Assembly (NCBI GenBank): GCA_964453605.1
Contig: CAYVOI010000001.1
Coordinates: 241,627 to 305,626 of the forward strand
DNA from: an uncultured Gammaproteobacteria bacterium
GTDB lineage: Bacteria; Patescibacteriota; Patescibacteriia; Veblenbacterales; UBA10138
Direction of reading: 5' to 3'
Length of the DNA: 64,000 nt
In this document: one piece after another, positions 48,652 through 58,483 of the stretch
Numbering within the stretch: the first letter of the stretch is position 1
Layout of the letters: every line of letters starts with the position of its first letter
Translations under genes and position numbers: made by a program
The notes under the pieces: model-generated
What the model saw: only the letters and a program-made list of their open reading frames with translations
What the model was told of the DNA's origin: nothing
Databases searched by the model: none

Positions 48652-49185
48652 ATGCGTACGTACGACGAGTTGCTTGATGTAGTAGACGAAAATGACCAGG
48701 TTGTTGGTCGAGACACCCGCGAGAACATCCACAAGCTAGGACTCCTTCACCGAGAAATTTGGGTATGGATAGCTAATGACCGCGGTGAAATTGCTTTCCA
48801 GCGCCGTAGTCCAGACAAAGATACATTTCCTAACATGCTCGATGCTTCGGTTGGCGGGCACGTTGACCTTGGTATGGATTACGCTGCAACCGCTTGCAAA
48901 GAGTTAGAAGAAGAAACGGGAATCAAGGCCTCGAAGGACGAGTTGCTGTTTGTGGGGATGATGAGAAAAAGCGGGCACGATAAGGTAACAGGAAAAACTA
49001 ATAATGTTATACGCGCCGTGTATTTTTATAAACTGAAAGAGAGAGAGAGTTTAGTGGCTGAAAAAGGAAAGGCGACAGGATTTGAGTATTGGGCTATAGA
49101 TAAACTTAAAAATTTGTCCCAAGAAGAAAGGGCTCAATTTGTGCCTACAGCATTGGATGAGGCCATGCACTTAAAGCTGGTTTAG
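48652..49185 (+). CDS. NUDIX hydrolase (IPP-isomerase-like)
   Basis: H..GLLHR, Q.RS..K..FP...D.SVGGH, ELEEETG. Confidence 0.88.
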   Translation: MRTYDELLDVVDENDQVVGRDTRENIHKLGLLHREIWVWIANDRGEIAFQRRSPDKDTFPNMLDASVGGHVDLGMDYAATACKELEEETGIKASKDELLFVGMMRKSGHDKVTGKTNNVIRAVYFYKLKERESLVAEKGKATGFEYWAIDKLKNLSQEERAQFVPTALDEAMHLKLV

Positions 49186-49201
49186 GTGTACTATAGGTAT
49201 T

Positions 49202-49360
49202 ATGAGAAACTATGCTTCAAAGAGTATTCGTAAAGTTACTCGCTACCGCACGCCGGCAACCTTTAAGATGAAGGCCACCTTGGCGCCGGGCAAAGCGAAA
49301 ACCAACCCGCCGTACCAGCCACCCGGCCGCGGGCGCAAGACCAACATTGGCCGTGCTTAG
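49202..49360 (+). CDS. 52-aa highly basic peptide
   Basis: Manual translation MRNYASKSIRKVTRYRTPATFKMKATLAPGKAKTNPPYQPPGRGRKTNIGRA; TATG start; terminator follows. Confidence 0.5.
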   Translation: MRNYASKSIRKVTRYRTPATFKMKATLAPGKAKTNPPYQPPGRGRKTNIGRA

Positions 49361-49369
49361 TTGAGTATT

Positions 49370-49400
49370 AAAAAGTCCTCCCCGAACGGGGAGGACTTTT
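49370..49400. terminator. Bidirectional intrinsic terminator
   Basis: AAAAGTCCTCCCCG-AA-CGGGGAGGACTTTT. Confidence 0.75.
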
Positions 49401-49410
49401 GTGGTTTCAG

Positions 49411-50217
49411 CTAGTAGATTTCAAACGTCAGGTTTACATTCACCGTTACGTCTTGGCTACCAGCTTGCACTTCGGGTGCGGGAGCCGCGTCAGTCTTCAT
49501 CATACCCATACCTGCAGCATAGGGAATAGGGTAGGGCGGTGGCGTGTTGGCGCTTTCAGAGAACGACCGCACTTTCCCTAAGCGTACCCCCGCGGCCTTA
49601 GCGAGCACCTCGGCCTTGGCGCGGGCTTTCTCTATGGCCTGGAGCCTGGCTTGCTGCTGGTAGGTGTCGGGGTCGTCTATGGTAAAGCTGAGCTGGCCCA
49701 CCTGGTTGGCACCGCGCTCCAGCGCGCCAGCTAAAATGTCACCCACCTTGTCTAGGGAGCGGACTTTAACTTCCACCGCCTGGGTGAGCTGGTAGCCGTC
49801 TAAGTTCTGCTTGCCAGTCTGGGGGACGTAGGAGTAGGTGGGGTAGAGGTTGTACTGTGTAGTGCGAACGTCTTTGTCCTCTATCTTTTGTTGTTTAAGG
49901 TAGTCCACCACCTGGTTCATCTTTTTCGTGTTGTCAGCTTGCACGGCTGCCACACTTGGGCCACGGCTCTCTACTGATAGGGAAATAACCCCTACGTCGG
50001 GAATAGCCGTTACCTTACCTTCGGCGCTCACCGCGATAGTGTCGTTGGTGCTAGTTGGGCTTTGCCAGTGTTGCAAGTTCTTCCAATCAATACCCGCTTG
50101 GAAGGCACGGTCCAAACCAAAGGCTGCCAGCCAGGCAATAAAGAGTATCGAAATAACAGCCCTGACACCTAGGGGAATGTGTTCCCAGCAGGACTTTCTC
50201 TCCGTCGTAGTATCCAT
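49411..50217 (-). CDS. SIMPL (DUF541) domain protein
   Basis: I.VS.EG.V...PD, A..KA..LA.AAGV.LG. Confidence 0.88.
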   Translation of the reverse strand: MDTTTERKSCWEHIPLGVRAVISILFIAWLAAFGLDRAFQAGIDWKNLQHWQSPTSTNDTIAVSAEGKVTAIPDVGVISLSVESRGPSVAAVQADNTKKMNQVVDYLKQQKIEDKDVRTTQYNLYPTYSYVPQTGKQNLDGYQLTQAVEVKVRSLDKVGDILAGALERGANQVGQLSFTIDDPDTYQQQARLQAIEKARAKAEVLAKAAGVRLGKVRSFSESANTPPPYPIPYAAGMGMMKTDAAPAPEVQAGSQDVTVNVNLTFEIY

Positions 50218-50391
50218 AGCACGTTGCGTTAAAGAGTTAGTGTAGGTAGTGTACTAAAAGCTGCTATGCTTGTCACCCGCGTTGACCATTTGCTCACAGT
50301 TTTCTATACTACGTGAGCATATTCTTACTCTACGTAACGCCCCAGCAACTTGCTCTGTTTCAAGTTACTGAGCTAACAGGAGAACATTGTT

Positions 50392-51174
50392 ATGGGTGAA
50401 CAGAACCAGAGCGTAATGAGCCAGTGGACCCAGGGGAATGTCTTAAAGCTAGTGGGCTTGTTGCTCATGGGCGCTATTGTGATAGTGGCTATTCTCCGCG
50501 ACCGCATAGTGAACCAGCCCCAAGCCCAAGTGTCGGTAGCGGGTGTGGGGAGGGTTTCGTACCAGCCTGACCAAGCTACCGTGACCTTGGGCGTGCAGGT
50601 TGATAAGGTGTTCACGGCTGACGGCGCTCTGCGGCAGCTGAATGACAAGGTAGGTAAGGTGGTAGCGGCAGTTAAGGCAGCCGGCATAGACGATAAAGAT
50701 ATAGAGACAGAAGCTTACACTTTGTACCCGCAGTACAACTACGTTAACGGTGTGCAAATTCCAGCGGGCTACAGCGCCAACCAGCAGCTTAGTGTAAAGG
50801 TGCGGAACCTTGGAGCAAACAACAGTAACGTTTCGGCGGTGGTAGCTGCCGCTACGCAAGCCGGCGCCAACCAGGTAACCGGCATTGCCTTTGACGTGTC
50901 GAACCTGGAGACCTTAAAGCAGCAGGCGAGGGTGCAAGCGATTGCCGACGCCAAGAGCAAAGCAGGTGCGCAGGCTCAAGCGGCCGGGGTACGTTTAGGT
51001 GAAATTTTGGGTTGGTGGGAGAACGTGGTGCAGTCGCCTGACGCAGAGCTCTACGGTGGTGCGGCTGATGGCAAGGGTGGTGCTGGCATAGGCGGTGCGG
51101 CGCCAACGCCAGTCGTGCCCTCAGGCAACCAGGAGATCATAATTCAGGAGAGCCTGAACTATAAAATAGATTAA
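50392..51174 (+). CDS. SIMPL (DUF541) domain protein
   Basis: VSV.G.G.V...PD.A, AI.DA..KA...A..AGV.LG. Confidence 0.88.
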   Translation: MGEQNQSVMSQWTQGNVLKLVGLLLMGAIVIVAILRDRIVNQPQAQVSVAGVGRVSYQPDQATVTLGVQVDKVFTADGALRQLNDKVGKVVAAVKAAGIDDKDIETEAYTLYPQYNYVNGVQIPAGYSANQQLSVKVRNLGANNSNVSAVVAAATQAGANQVTGIAFDVSNLETLKQQARVQAIADAKSKAGAQAQAAGVRLGEILGWWENVVQSPDAELYGGAADGKGGAGIGGAAPTPVVPSGNQEIIIQESLNYKID

Positions 51175-51188
51175 CCGCGGCTGCTCCG

Positions 51189-51746
51189 ATGGCGTCTTTA
51201 CCACAGGAGGTAGTGCAAGCCAAAGAGCGTCAAGTGTCGAGGCTCTTTAAGCTAAGCTTATTGCTGAAAGGTGCGGTTGCTTTGCTCCAGCTGGTGGGTG
51301 GTGTGGCTTTGTACCTGGTGGCGCTGGTGGAGGCAGGGCTTACCCACCTGGTATCGCGCCAGGCGCTGCTTAATTTTATAAGTGCTCTAGCGCACGAGGA
51401 GTTAACAGAAGACCCGCGCGACTACCTGGTTACCCACCTCATTGGCGTGGCGCAGAACTTAACCGCCGCCTCGTTGCACTTTGCGGCGTTCTACCTCTTG
51501 GTTCATGGTGTAGTAAAGCTGTGGTTCATCGTTGGCCTGTTCAGAAAAAAGCTGTGGTACTACCCGACAGCTATAGTTGTTTTCGGCTTGTTCATGGTGT
51601 ACCAGGTGTACCGCTTTAGTATTACGCACTCGGTACTACTCATGCTTATCACTGTAGTGGATGCGGTGGTAGTGTGGCTTACCTGGCACGAGTACAACTA
51701 CCTGCGAGGTCGTTTGCGTATTGACAGTAGTGCGCCAGTACGCTAG
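51189..51746 (+). CDS. DUF2127-like membrane protein
   Basis: LLKG......GG, YL..HG..K, W.EY. Confidence 0.7.
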   Translation: MASLPQEVVQAKERQVSRLFKLSLLLKGAVALLQLVGGVALYLVALVEAGLTHLVSRQALLNFISALAHEELTEDPRDYLVTHLIGVAQNLTAASLHFAAFYLLVHGVVKLWFIVGLFRKKLWYYPTAIVVFGLFMVYQVYRFSITHSVLLMLITVVDAVVVWLTWHEYNYLRGRLRIDSSAPVR

Positions 51747-51866
51747 GGTAGGGGTAGGTATGACACGAACGGTTTACATCTCCATGAATAATAACCAGCC
51801 CTAGGGACTGGTGTTGCTGTTTGTTTTTCAACCGGTCCCTCTTTAATAGGGGGACCGGTTTTGTAT

Positions 51867-51942
51867 TCCGGGGTAGTTGAGTTGGTACAACGCCACGCTG
51901 TTAACGTGGATACCGCAGGTTCGAGTCCTGCCCCCGGAGCCA
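51867..51942 (+). tRNA. tRNA-Asn(GTT)
   Basis: TCCGGGG/CCCCGGA acceptor, CCACG-CTGTTAA-CGTGG arm, GTTCGAGTC, CCA. Confidence 0.95.
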
Positions 51943-52077
51943 TTACAATCTGTTCTACGCGACCGGAACGCTTCCATAGGCATATCCAGTTGTAGAGGTC
52001 GTTAATAACGTCGAACCCTAGGCTTCGGCGTCATTATTGTCATCGCTGAAAATTCAGGATATATTTATCCGTAGATT

Positions 52078-52914
52078 ATGGCTAACCCATTTGAAGGCTT
52101 TATAAATAAGTTCGAACAGAGCTTACATAGTAAAGATTCTGCTATTTATAATGTTCTGGCAAATGTTTTCTCGATGCGTATCATTGGTAATAAAACCCAC
52201 GGGGATTTGGCAGAAATTGCGTTGACCGAATATGTAAACCAATACGTAGATGGGTATTCAGCTAAGCATACTGGGAAAGAAAAATTTCGTGCCAAAGAGT
52301 TTGAGGAAGATATTCGTATTAGAGAAGAAAATACAGGCGTAGAGATACCTGTCAGCATTAAAACCTATGGCGCCGGGCCGTTACAGCTTTCTACAAATAA
52401 AGACAGTTCAATGTTTAGCTGTTTGCAAAAATCGATTGGCGAACATGAGGTCACCGATCCAGTTAAAATAGAGGAGGTTTTGGGTCAGCCATGTTTTGTA
52501 AATTTTAGTGATGTAAACGTACTTCCGCTTATTTATAACGAGAAGGCCCTATCATTTAAGATAGTGATATTTAATTTAGGCAAAGCCTATCAATCGGTAC
52601 GAAAAATAAAATTTCTTCCGCCTAGAAAGTATGGCAAGGTCAAACAGACATTCCCTATTTATAAATTTTTTAATGCTAAAGACGAATACATATTTGAAGT
52701 CCGTTATGGTGATGCCAAAGCAAATGCATTACAAAGGGGAATGTGGACTCACACCGAGAATGCCCCGGGTTATTTTAAGGTGCTTTTGCATGGTACATAT
52801 AAGATTAATGAACCTCTAATAAATTTGATATCGAAAATTCTCGTGTCTCCTAAAAGCAAGCATGAAGAAATTTTGAAGCTCTTCCCGGCCTCAAAAGAGA
52901 AGTCCGTAATTTGA
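52078..52914 (+). CDS. Putative type II restriction endonuclease
   Basis: Low-GC ORF next to a DNA methylase; E..ED.R...SIK resembles a PD-(D/E)xK variant; function inferred from context. Confidence 0.55.
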   Translation: MANPFEGFINKFEQSLHSKDSAIYNVLANVFSMRIIGNKTHGDLAEIALTEYVNQYVDGYSAKHTGKEKFRAKEFEEDIRIREENTGVEIPVSIKTYGAGPLQLSTNKDSSMFSCLQKSIGEHEVTDPVKIEEVLGQPCFVNFSDVNVLPLIYNEKALSFKIVIFNLGKAYQSVRKIKFLPPRKYGKVKQTFPIYKFFNAKDEYIFEVRYGDAKANALQRGMWTHTENAPGYFKVLLHGTYKINEPLINLISKILVSPKSKHEEILKLFPASKEKSVI

Positions 52915-52960
52915 GTTAATCCGACCCTCATTATTTATGCTATAATCATAAGTAATCATT

Positions 52961-54157
52961 ATGGATACTGAGGGTATTAAATATACAGGTTCAAAAAGGG
53001 AGATAATCCCTGTACTGCTTAAATTAATGCGCCCCCTTGGTGTGCGTACTGTTTTTGATGGGTTTTCTGGAACGACTAGAGTTTCGCAAGCTCTTAAAAA
53101 GGCTGGTTACTTAGTTTATGCGAATGATGTTGCAGTTTGGTCTAAAGTTTTTGGTTACTGTTACTTGTTGAATAAAAAATCAGCCGCGTATTATCAAAAG
53201 ATAATAGATAAGTTAAACAGTCTCCCGGGTAGAGCGGGGTGGTTCTCTAAACACTATGGTGGAGAGTCAAATGGCGGTAGTGCTGTTCATGAGGATGGGA
53301 AAAAAAGAATGTGGCAGCTGCATAATACAATGAAGTTAGATTCGATTCGATCCGAGATTGACAATTTAGCCAATAATGAAATTGAAAGGTCGGTATTGTT
53401 GACGAGTTTAATTTTAGCCATGGACAAGGTGGATAGTTCGGTGGGCCATCACGTTTCTTATCTAAGAGAATGGGCACCAAGGGCTTATAATACTATGCAG
53501 ATGAAGGTGCCAGAATTAATAATTGACGACAAAGATCATCGTATTTTCTGTGATGATATTTTTAATGTGTTGGAAGGTGTTGAAGTTGATTTAGCCTACT
53601 ACGATCCTCCGTATGGCTCTTCCAATGAGTTAATGCCGCCATCCAGAGTACGTTATGCTTCTTATTACCATCTTTGGAAGACCGTATGTTTGAATGATGA
53701 GCCTAGATTAGTTGGCAAGGCTAACCGTCGTGAGGATGCAAGTGATTTAATTGCCGGTTCCATATTTGAAGAATACCGCAAAGATAGTACAGGTAGATAT
53801 TTAGTAATGGATGCAATTGAGAAACTTATTAAAAACACCAAAGCGAAGTACGTCATTTTGTCATACAATAATCATGGTCGCGCGACTTTTGATGGTATAC
53901 TTGAAGTAATTAGGAATCTGAAGCTCAAGTGCTCCATCTTTGAGATGGACTATAAGAAAAACGTCATGTCGCAAATGGCCTGGACAAATAAATGGTTAAA
54001 TGGTGGCTCTTCGCAAGATATCGGAAATAAGGAGTTTCTGTTTTTGATGCAAAAGAAGAAGTCCCTTAGTTTTAATATAGGTGCTAGTTTTACAGTAGAA
54101 AAAATAAGCCTACGAGAGCCCGCTACTGTGAATCAACAGAAACTCGCGCTGTTTTAG
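52961..54157 (+). CDS. DNA adenine methyltransferase (D12-class)
   Basis: YTGSK, DGFSGT, AND, YYDPPY, LSYN. Confidence 0.9.
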   Translation: MDTEGIKYTGSKREIIPVLLKLMRPLGVRTVFDGFSGTTRVSQALKKAGYLVYANDVAVWSKVFGYCYLLNKKSAAYYQKIIDKLNSLPGRAGWFSKHYGGESNGGSAVHEDGKKRMWQLHNTMKLDSIRSEIDNLANNEIERSVLLTSLILAMDKVDSSVGHHVSYLREWAPRAYNTMQMKVPELIIDDKDHRIFCDDIFNVLEGVEVDLAYYDPPYGSSNELMPPSRVRYASYYHLWKTVCLNDEPRLVGKANRREDASDLIAGSIFEEYRKDSTGRYLVMDAIEKLIKNTKAKYVILSYNNHGRATFDGILEVIRNLKLKCSIFEMDYKKNVMSQMAWTNKWLNGGSSQDIGNKEFLFLMQKKKSLSFNIGASFTVEKISLREPATVNQQKLALF

Positions 54158-54218
54158 TCGACATTATCTAACTATTCCAATATAGCTCAGGCTTATCGCC
54201 GGAGGTTACTATATAGGT

Positions 54219-54539
54219 ATGGCCCCAAAAGCAATCGCCGGTGGTGTGGCGCACGCCTTACCCACGGATTTACGAAAAGCCCTCTCTCCCGATAGAGCGG
54301 CCTTGGTAGTCTGGCAAGACCTCACACCACTAGCGCGTAACGAGTGGATCTGCTGGACTATGTACGTCAAGAAAGCAGAAACGCGTAAGGAGCACGTGGC
54401 GCGTGTAGTGCAGGAGCTTAAACAGGGTATGCGCCGGCCGTGCTGTTGGCTGGGTTGTATTCATCGCACGGACAAGCAGATAAGCCCTTCGGTGCGGGCA
54501 GTGCTCAATAGGCAATCTCACAGATTTAAGAAAACATAG
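54219..54539 (+). CDS. YdeI/OmpD-associated family protein
   Basis: LP.DL..AL......W..LTP..R.EW..W....K..ETR. Confidence 0.8.
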   Translation: MAPKAIAGGVAHALPTDLRKALSPDRAALVVWQDLTPLARNEWICWTMYVKKAETRKEHVARVVQELKQGMRRPCCWLGCIHRTDKQISPSVRAVLNRQSHRFKKT

Positions 54540-54660
54540 GTCTGCCTAGAGTACGTCACTCGCGCCTACCACGCCGCTGGATTTTTGATGGGTGCAAAGA
54601 AACGTTACACAACCGTAAGCGTTGCTTATAGCGCCTTAGCCTATGTGGTATCATGCTTTT

Positions 54661-55998
54661 ATGCGCGCCCCAAGGATTAGCAGAGCTACCACGTGGCTTA
54701 CGGCCATGTTGTTTGCGGTACAGCTTGGGGTTGTACCAGTGTTAGCTGACCAGCCGAACTCTCAGGCTGAGCGGGCGCAGCTGCAGCAGCAGCTCCAGGT
54801 TATTGAGCAGCAGATTGCTGAGTACGCCCAGCAGCTGGCGGTAACCAAAACCCAGAAGAACACCCTGACCAACAAAATAAAACAACTTAAGACCCAGCAA
54901 GCCGCTTTACTCTTACAGATTAAAGCCACGGCTCTTAAGATAAGCGTGCTGGAAGGGCAAATTGGTGATACGGTTGGAGCCATTGACCAGGCCACTACCC
55001 GTTTGGAGACACTGCGCGGACAGCTCGGGCAGTTTGTGGTACGGCTTGAGCAGCAAGACGATACGCCGCTCTGGTACCGCGTGGCCACCACCGCTACCTT
55101 GTCAGATGTATTCAGCAACGTGCAGAGCTACGTGCAGGTAGTGGGGGCTTTACAACAGCTGATGCAGCAGGTAACGGCCACCAAAGCCCAGCTCGAGGTG
55201 CAGCACCAGGTGCTCTCGGGCCAGCAAGACGAAGCGCAAAATTTGCTCTCTATAAAAACCTTGCAGCAACAGAAGGTTGCTGACACGGTAAAAGAGCAGA
55301 ACACCTTACTCCAGGAAACCAAGGGTCGGGAGAGCGCGTACCAGAGCACCCTCAGTAATGCCAAGGCGCAGGCTGCTGCTATCCGCAGCCGCATTTACCA
55401 GCTCTTAGACGTTAGTACCCAGATAACCTTTGGTCAGGCGTACCAAATTGCGAGTTGGGTTAGTGACCAAACTGGCGTGCGGCCAGCGTTCTTGCTTGCT
55501 ATTTTAACGCAAGAGTCGTCCTTAGGGCGGAACGTAGGTACGTGCAACCGTTTAGGGGACCCGCCAGAAAAGCATTGGCAGGCGATTATGAAACCTGATC
55601 GCGACCAGCAGCCGTTTTTGCAGATAACACGCGAGCTCGGCATGGACCCTGACGTTACCCCGGTGTCCTGCCCTATGCGCAACAAAGACGGCAGCCAGCT
55701 GGGCTGGGGTGGCGCCATGGGGCCGGCGCAGTTTATCCCTTCCACCTGGCTTGGGTACCGCGGCAAGGTGACTGCCTTTACCGGTAAAGCTACCGCGAAC
55801 CCGTGGGACATTCGTGACGCGTTTGTAGCTGCGGCTATAAAACTTAAAAATGATGGAGCCGATGGCACACCCACGGGCGAGTGGAATGCGGCTATGCGCT
55901 ACTTTAGCGGCAGCACCAACCCGGCCTACCGGTTCTACGGCGACAACGTGGCCAAACTGGCCGAAGGCTACCAGGCCGACATCAACCAGCTGAAGTGA
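54661..55998 (+). CDS. Secreted coiled-coil protein with C-terminal lytic transglycosylase-like domain
   Basis: Signal peptide, Q-rich coil, QES..G, GAMGPAQFIPSTW, NPW...DA. Confidence 0.85.
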   Translation: MRAPRISRATTWLTAMLFAVQLGVVPVLADQPNSQAERAQLQQQLQVIEQQIAEYAQQLAVTKTQKNTLTNKIKQLKTQQAALLLQIKATALKISVLEGQIGDTVGAIDQATTRLETLRGQLGQFVVRLEQQDDTPLWYRVATTATLSDVFSNVQSYVQVVGALQQLMQQVTATKAQLEVQHQVLSGQQDEAQNLLSIKTLQQQKVADTVKEQNTLLQETKGRESAYQSTLSNAKAQAAAIRSRIYQLLDVSTQITFGQAYQIASWVSDQTGVRPAFLLAILTQESSLGRNVGTCNRLGDPPEKHWQAIMKPDRDQQPFLQITRELGMDPDVTPVSCPMRNKDGSQLGWGGAMGPAQFIPSTWLGYRGKVTAFTGKATANPWDIRDAFVAAAIKLKNDGADGTPTGEWNAAMRYFSGSTNPAYRFYGDNVAKLAEGYQADINQLK

Positions 55999-56066
55999 TT
56001 CTTGGGTATTCCTGATTGGTTCCTACTGTTACGTTTTGTGTTTCTAGTGTAGACTGTCTAGTACTT

Positions 56067-56867
56067 ATGAATAGTATTGAGGTTCAAAACTTAACCAAGA
56101 AGTTCGGCGACTTTACTGCCGTAGACAACGTTTCGTTTAGCGTTCCTGCGGGCGAGCTGTTTGCCTTTTTAGGGCCTAATGGCGCTGGTAAGTCCACCAC
56201 TATTAAAATGCTGACCACACTCTTGCACCCAACGTCCGGCTCCATAGCCGTACACGGCCACAGTCCGGTAACCCAGGCTAACGCAGTCAGGCAATCCTTT
56301 GGTATTGTGTTCCAAGACCCAAGCCTGGACGACGAGCTCACGGCTCAGGAGAACATGGAGTTCCACGGTGTGCTCTATAGCGTGCCGCCTCGGCTCCGGC
56401 GCGAACGTACCGAGCAGCTCTTAAAATTTGTAGACCTGTGGGACCGCCGCAACAGCTTGGTGAAAGAGTTTTCCGGCGGCATGAAGCGCCGTTTGGAAAT
56501 AGCGCGCGGGCTCTTACACCACCCGAAAGTTATGTTCCTGGACGAGCCTACGCTTGGCCTTGACCCCCAAACCCGTAACCACATGTGGAGCTACCTGCAG
56601 GAACTTAACAAAACAGAAGGCATTACCGTGTTCTTTACCACGCACTACATGGAAGAGGCCGAGCGTGTGGCGCAGCGCATTGCCATTATCGACCACGGCA
56701 AGGTGGTGGCGAGCGGCACAGCTCAAGAGCTCAAACAGCAAACGGGCAAAGCTTCGCTCGAGGACGCGTTCCTCGCGCTCACGGGTAAGACTATTCGCGA
56801 AGAAGAGGGTGGCCCTATGGACACCCTACGCCAGATGAGCCGGCTATGGCGGGGCACTAAACGCTAG
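56067..56867 (+). CDS. ABC transporter ATP-binding protein (DrrA-like)
   Basis: GPNGAGKST, FSGGM, LDEPT.GLDP. Confidence 0.95.
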   Translation: MNSIEVQNLTKKFGDFTAVDNVSFSVPAGELFAFLGPNGAGKSTTIKMLTTLLHPTSGSIAVHGHSPVTQANAVRQSFGIVFQDPSLDDELTAQENMEFHGVLYSVPPRLRRERTEQLLKFVDLWDRRNSLVKEFSGGMKRRLEIARGLLHHPKVMFLDEPTLGLDPQTRNHMWSYLQELNKTEGITVFFTTHYMEEAERVAQRIAIIDHGKVVASGTAQELKQQTGKASLEDAFLALTGKTIREEEGGPMDTLRQMSRLWRGTKR

Positions 56868-56871
56868 TGCT

Positions 56872-57618
56872 ATGAACACCATCTACATTTTGTGGTTGAG
56901 GCAGTTGAAGCGGTACTTACGTTCCAGGTCGCGCATGATTGGCAGTTTAGGGCAGCCGCTACTCTTTCTGCTGGCGCTAGGCTATGGCCTGGGGCCAGTG
57001 TTCCAGCGCGCGGGGCAGGGGAACTACTTACAGTTCTTGGCGCCAGGCATTATTGGTATGGGGATTATTTTTACCTCCATATTTTCTGGTATTGAAATTA
57101 TTTGGGACCGACAGTTTGGGTTCTTAAAAGAAACTATGGTGGCGCCAGTGTCGCGCTTTAATATTATGCTGGGGCGCACGCTCGGGGGCGCTACCGTTGC
57201 CGCCATTCAGGGTGTAGTGGTGTTTTTGATAGCCCTGGCCGCCGGGTTCAGGCCGTACTCGTGGGGCCTGGTGCCCCTCGCCATAGTGTTCATGGTGCTG
57301 GTGGCACTACTCTTTACTGCGTTTGGCACGGCGCTTGCTGCCCGGCTCCAGGACATGCAGGGGTTTCAGCTCATTATGAACTTTATTGTGATGCCCTTGT
57401 TCTTCCTCTCGGGCGCGTTGTTCCCGTTAGAGAGCGCGCCTAAAGTGCTCGCCATCCTGGCGGCGTTTGATCCGCTGTCCTACGGCGTGGACGCTTTTCG
57501 CGTGCTACTCATTAACCAATCACACTTTGGTTTAGGGGTGGATGTAACGGTGCTCAGTTTAGTTACACTTGCGTTCTTAGGGCTAGGCAGTTACCTGTTT
57601 TCAAAAATAGAAATTTAG
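56872..57618 (+). CDS. ABC-2 type permease
   Basis: Multi-TM; DRQFGFL...VAP, FLSG..FP. Confidence 0.92.
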   Translation: MNTIYILWLRQLKRYLRSRSRMIGSLGQPLLFLLALGYGLGPVFQRAGQGNYLQFLAPGIIGMGIIFTSIFSGIEIIWDRQFGFLKETMVAPVSRFNIMLGRTLGGATVAAIQGVVVFLIALAAGFRPYSWGLVPLAIVFMVLVALLFTAFGTALAARLQDMQGFQLIMNFIVMPLFFLSGALFPLESAPKVLAILAAFDPLSYGVDAFRVLLINQSHFGLGVDVTVLSLVTLAFLGLGSYLFSKIEI

Positions 57619-57669
57619 TCGGGAATACAAAACCATCCGCCAATCGGCGGATGGTTTTTCTTGTTAGAA

Positions 57670-57882
57670 CTACATCATCGAGTTGCAGCACTTGCACATG
57701 CCCGAGGTGAGCTTGGTTACGCCTGCAATCAGGAGGAACAGGGGCCACAAAATGTCTACCGTGGCGTGGGTCATGGCGCCTAAGCCCTTCAGCAGGAACA
57801 CGAGGGCGATTAACGTTATCATGCCGGGCACCACCTTGTGGTGTGGGCAGGGGCACTTTTGACCTGGCATCATTTGGTCCAT
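57670..57882 (-). CDS. Small membrane protein
   Basis: AGGAGG upstream; CPCPHH, two TM segments, CKCC. Confidence 0.65.
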   Translation of the reverse strand: MDQMMPGQKCPCPHHKVVPGMITLIALVFLLKGLGAMTHATVDILWPLFLLIAGVTKLTSGMCKCCNSMM

Positions 57883-57982
57883 TGAGATGCACCTCCTTTC
57901 TTGCTTACGTATGAACTGTTGGTGTAAGTATACACCAGTTCTAGCGCAAGGTCACCTGGTGCTATACTATCGTTACAGATAT

Positions 57983-58378
57983 ATGGAACAACCCAAGGTA
58001 CACAGCAAGGGTTTGCGCGAGTTCTACTTCTGGGCAGGCATTGTAGCCACCTTTGCTTACCGCATTATTATTGTGCTCACAGGCTACCCGGGGTGGCTTA
58101 AGTTCACCTGGTACGTTGGCACTGTTGGCTTTGTGCTCTACTTTGTTCACCGCTACCAAGTTTCTGAGCGCCGTGCCAAGCTTATTCATGAGCACACACT
58201 GGCGCAGAAGGTTTCAGGACTTTCCGAACTGAGTAAAGACGACAAAGCCGCTATGAGCTACGTGTTCCAAACGCTCGAGAGTAGTAAAGAAAAATGGAAC
58301 TATATTTTTATTTTTATCATGTCGGGCCTGGCGCTGGTGTGGGGGATAGTGACCGACGTAACTGCTTGGATGAAGTAA
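57983..58378 (+). CDS. Membrane protein, unknown function
   Basis: Three hydrophobic segments. Confidence 0.65.
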   Translation: MEQPKVHSKGLREFYFWAGIVATFAYRIIIVLTGYPGWLKFTWYVGTVGFVLYFVHRYQVSERRAKLIHEHTLAQKVSGLSELSKDDKAAMSYVFQTLESSKEKWNYIFIFIMSGLALVWGIVTDVTAWMK

Positions 58379-58483
58379 TTATTAACCAATCTCAAAAACA
58401 AGGCTTGGTAGACTTTGAATATCTACAAAAAACATCCCCTTCCTTAATTACTTCAGAAGGGGATGTTGTATAGAGCAATAATG

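Noticed and set aside
49411-51174. Divergent pair of SIMPL paralogues as a novel system
   Set aside because: Known family, often multicopy; nothing else in the sequence suggests a new function.
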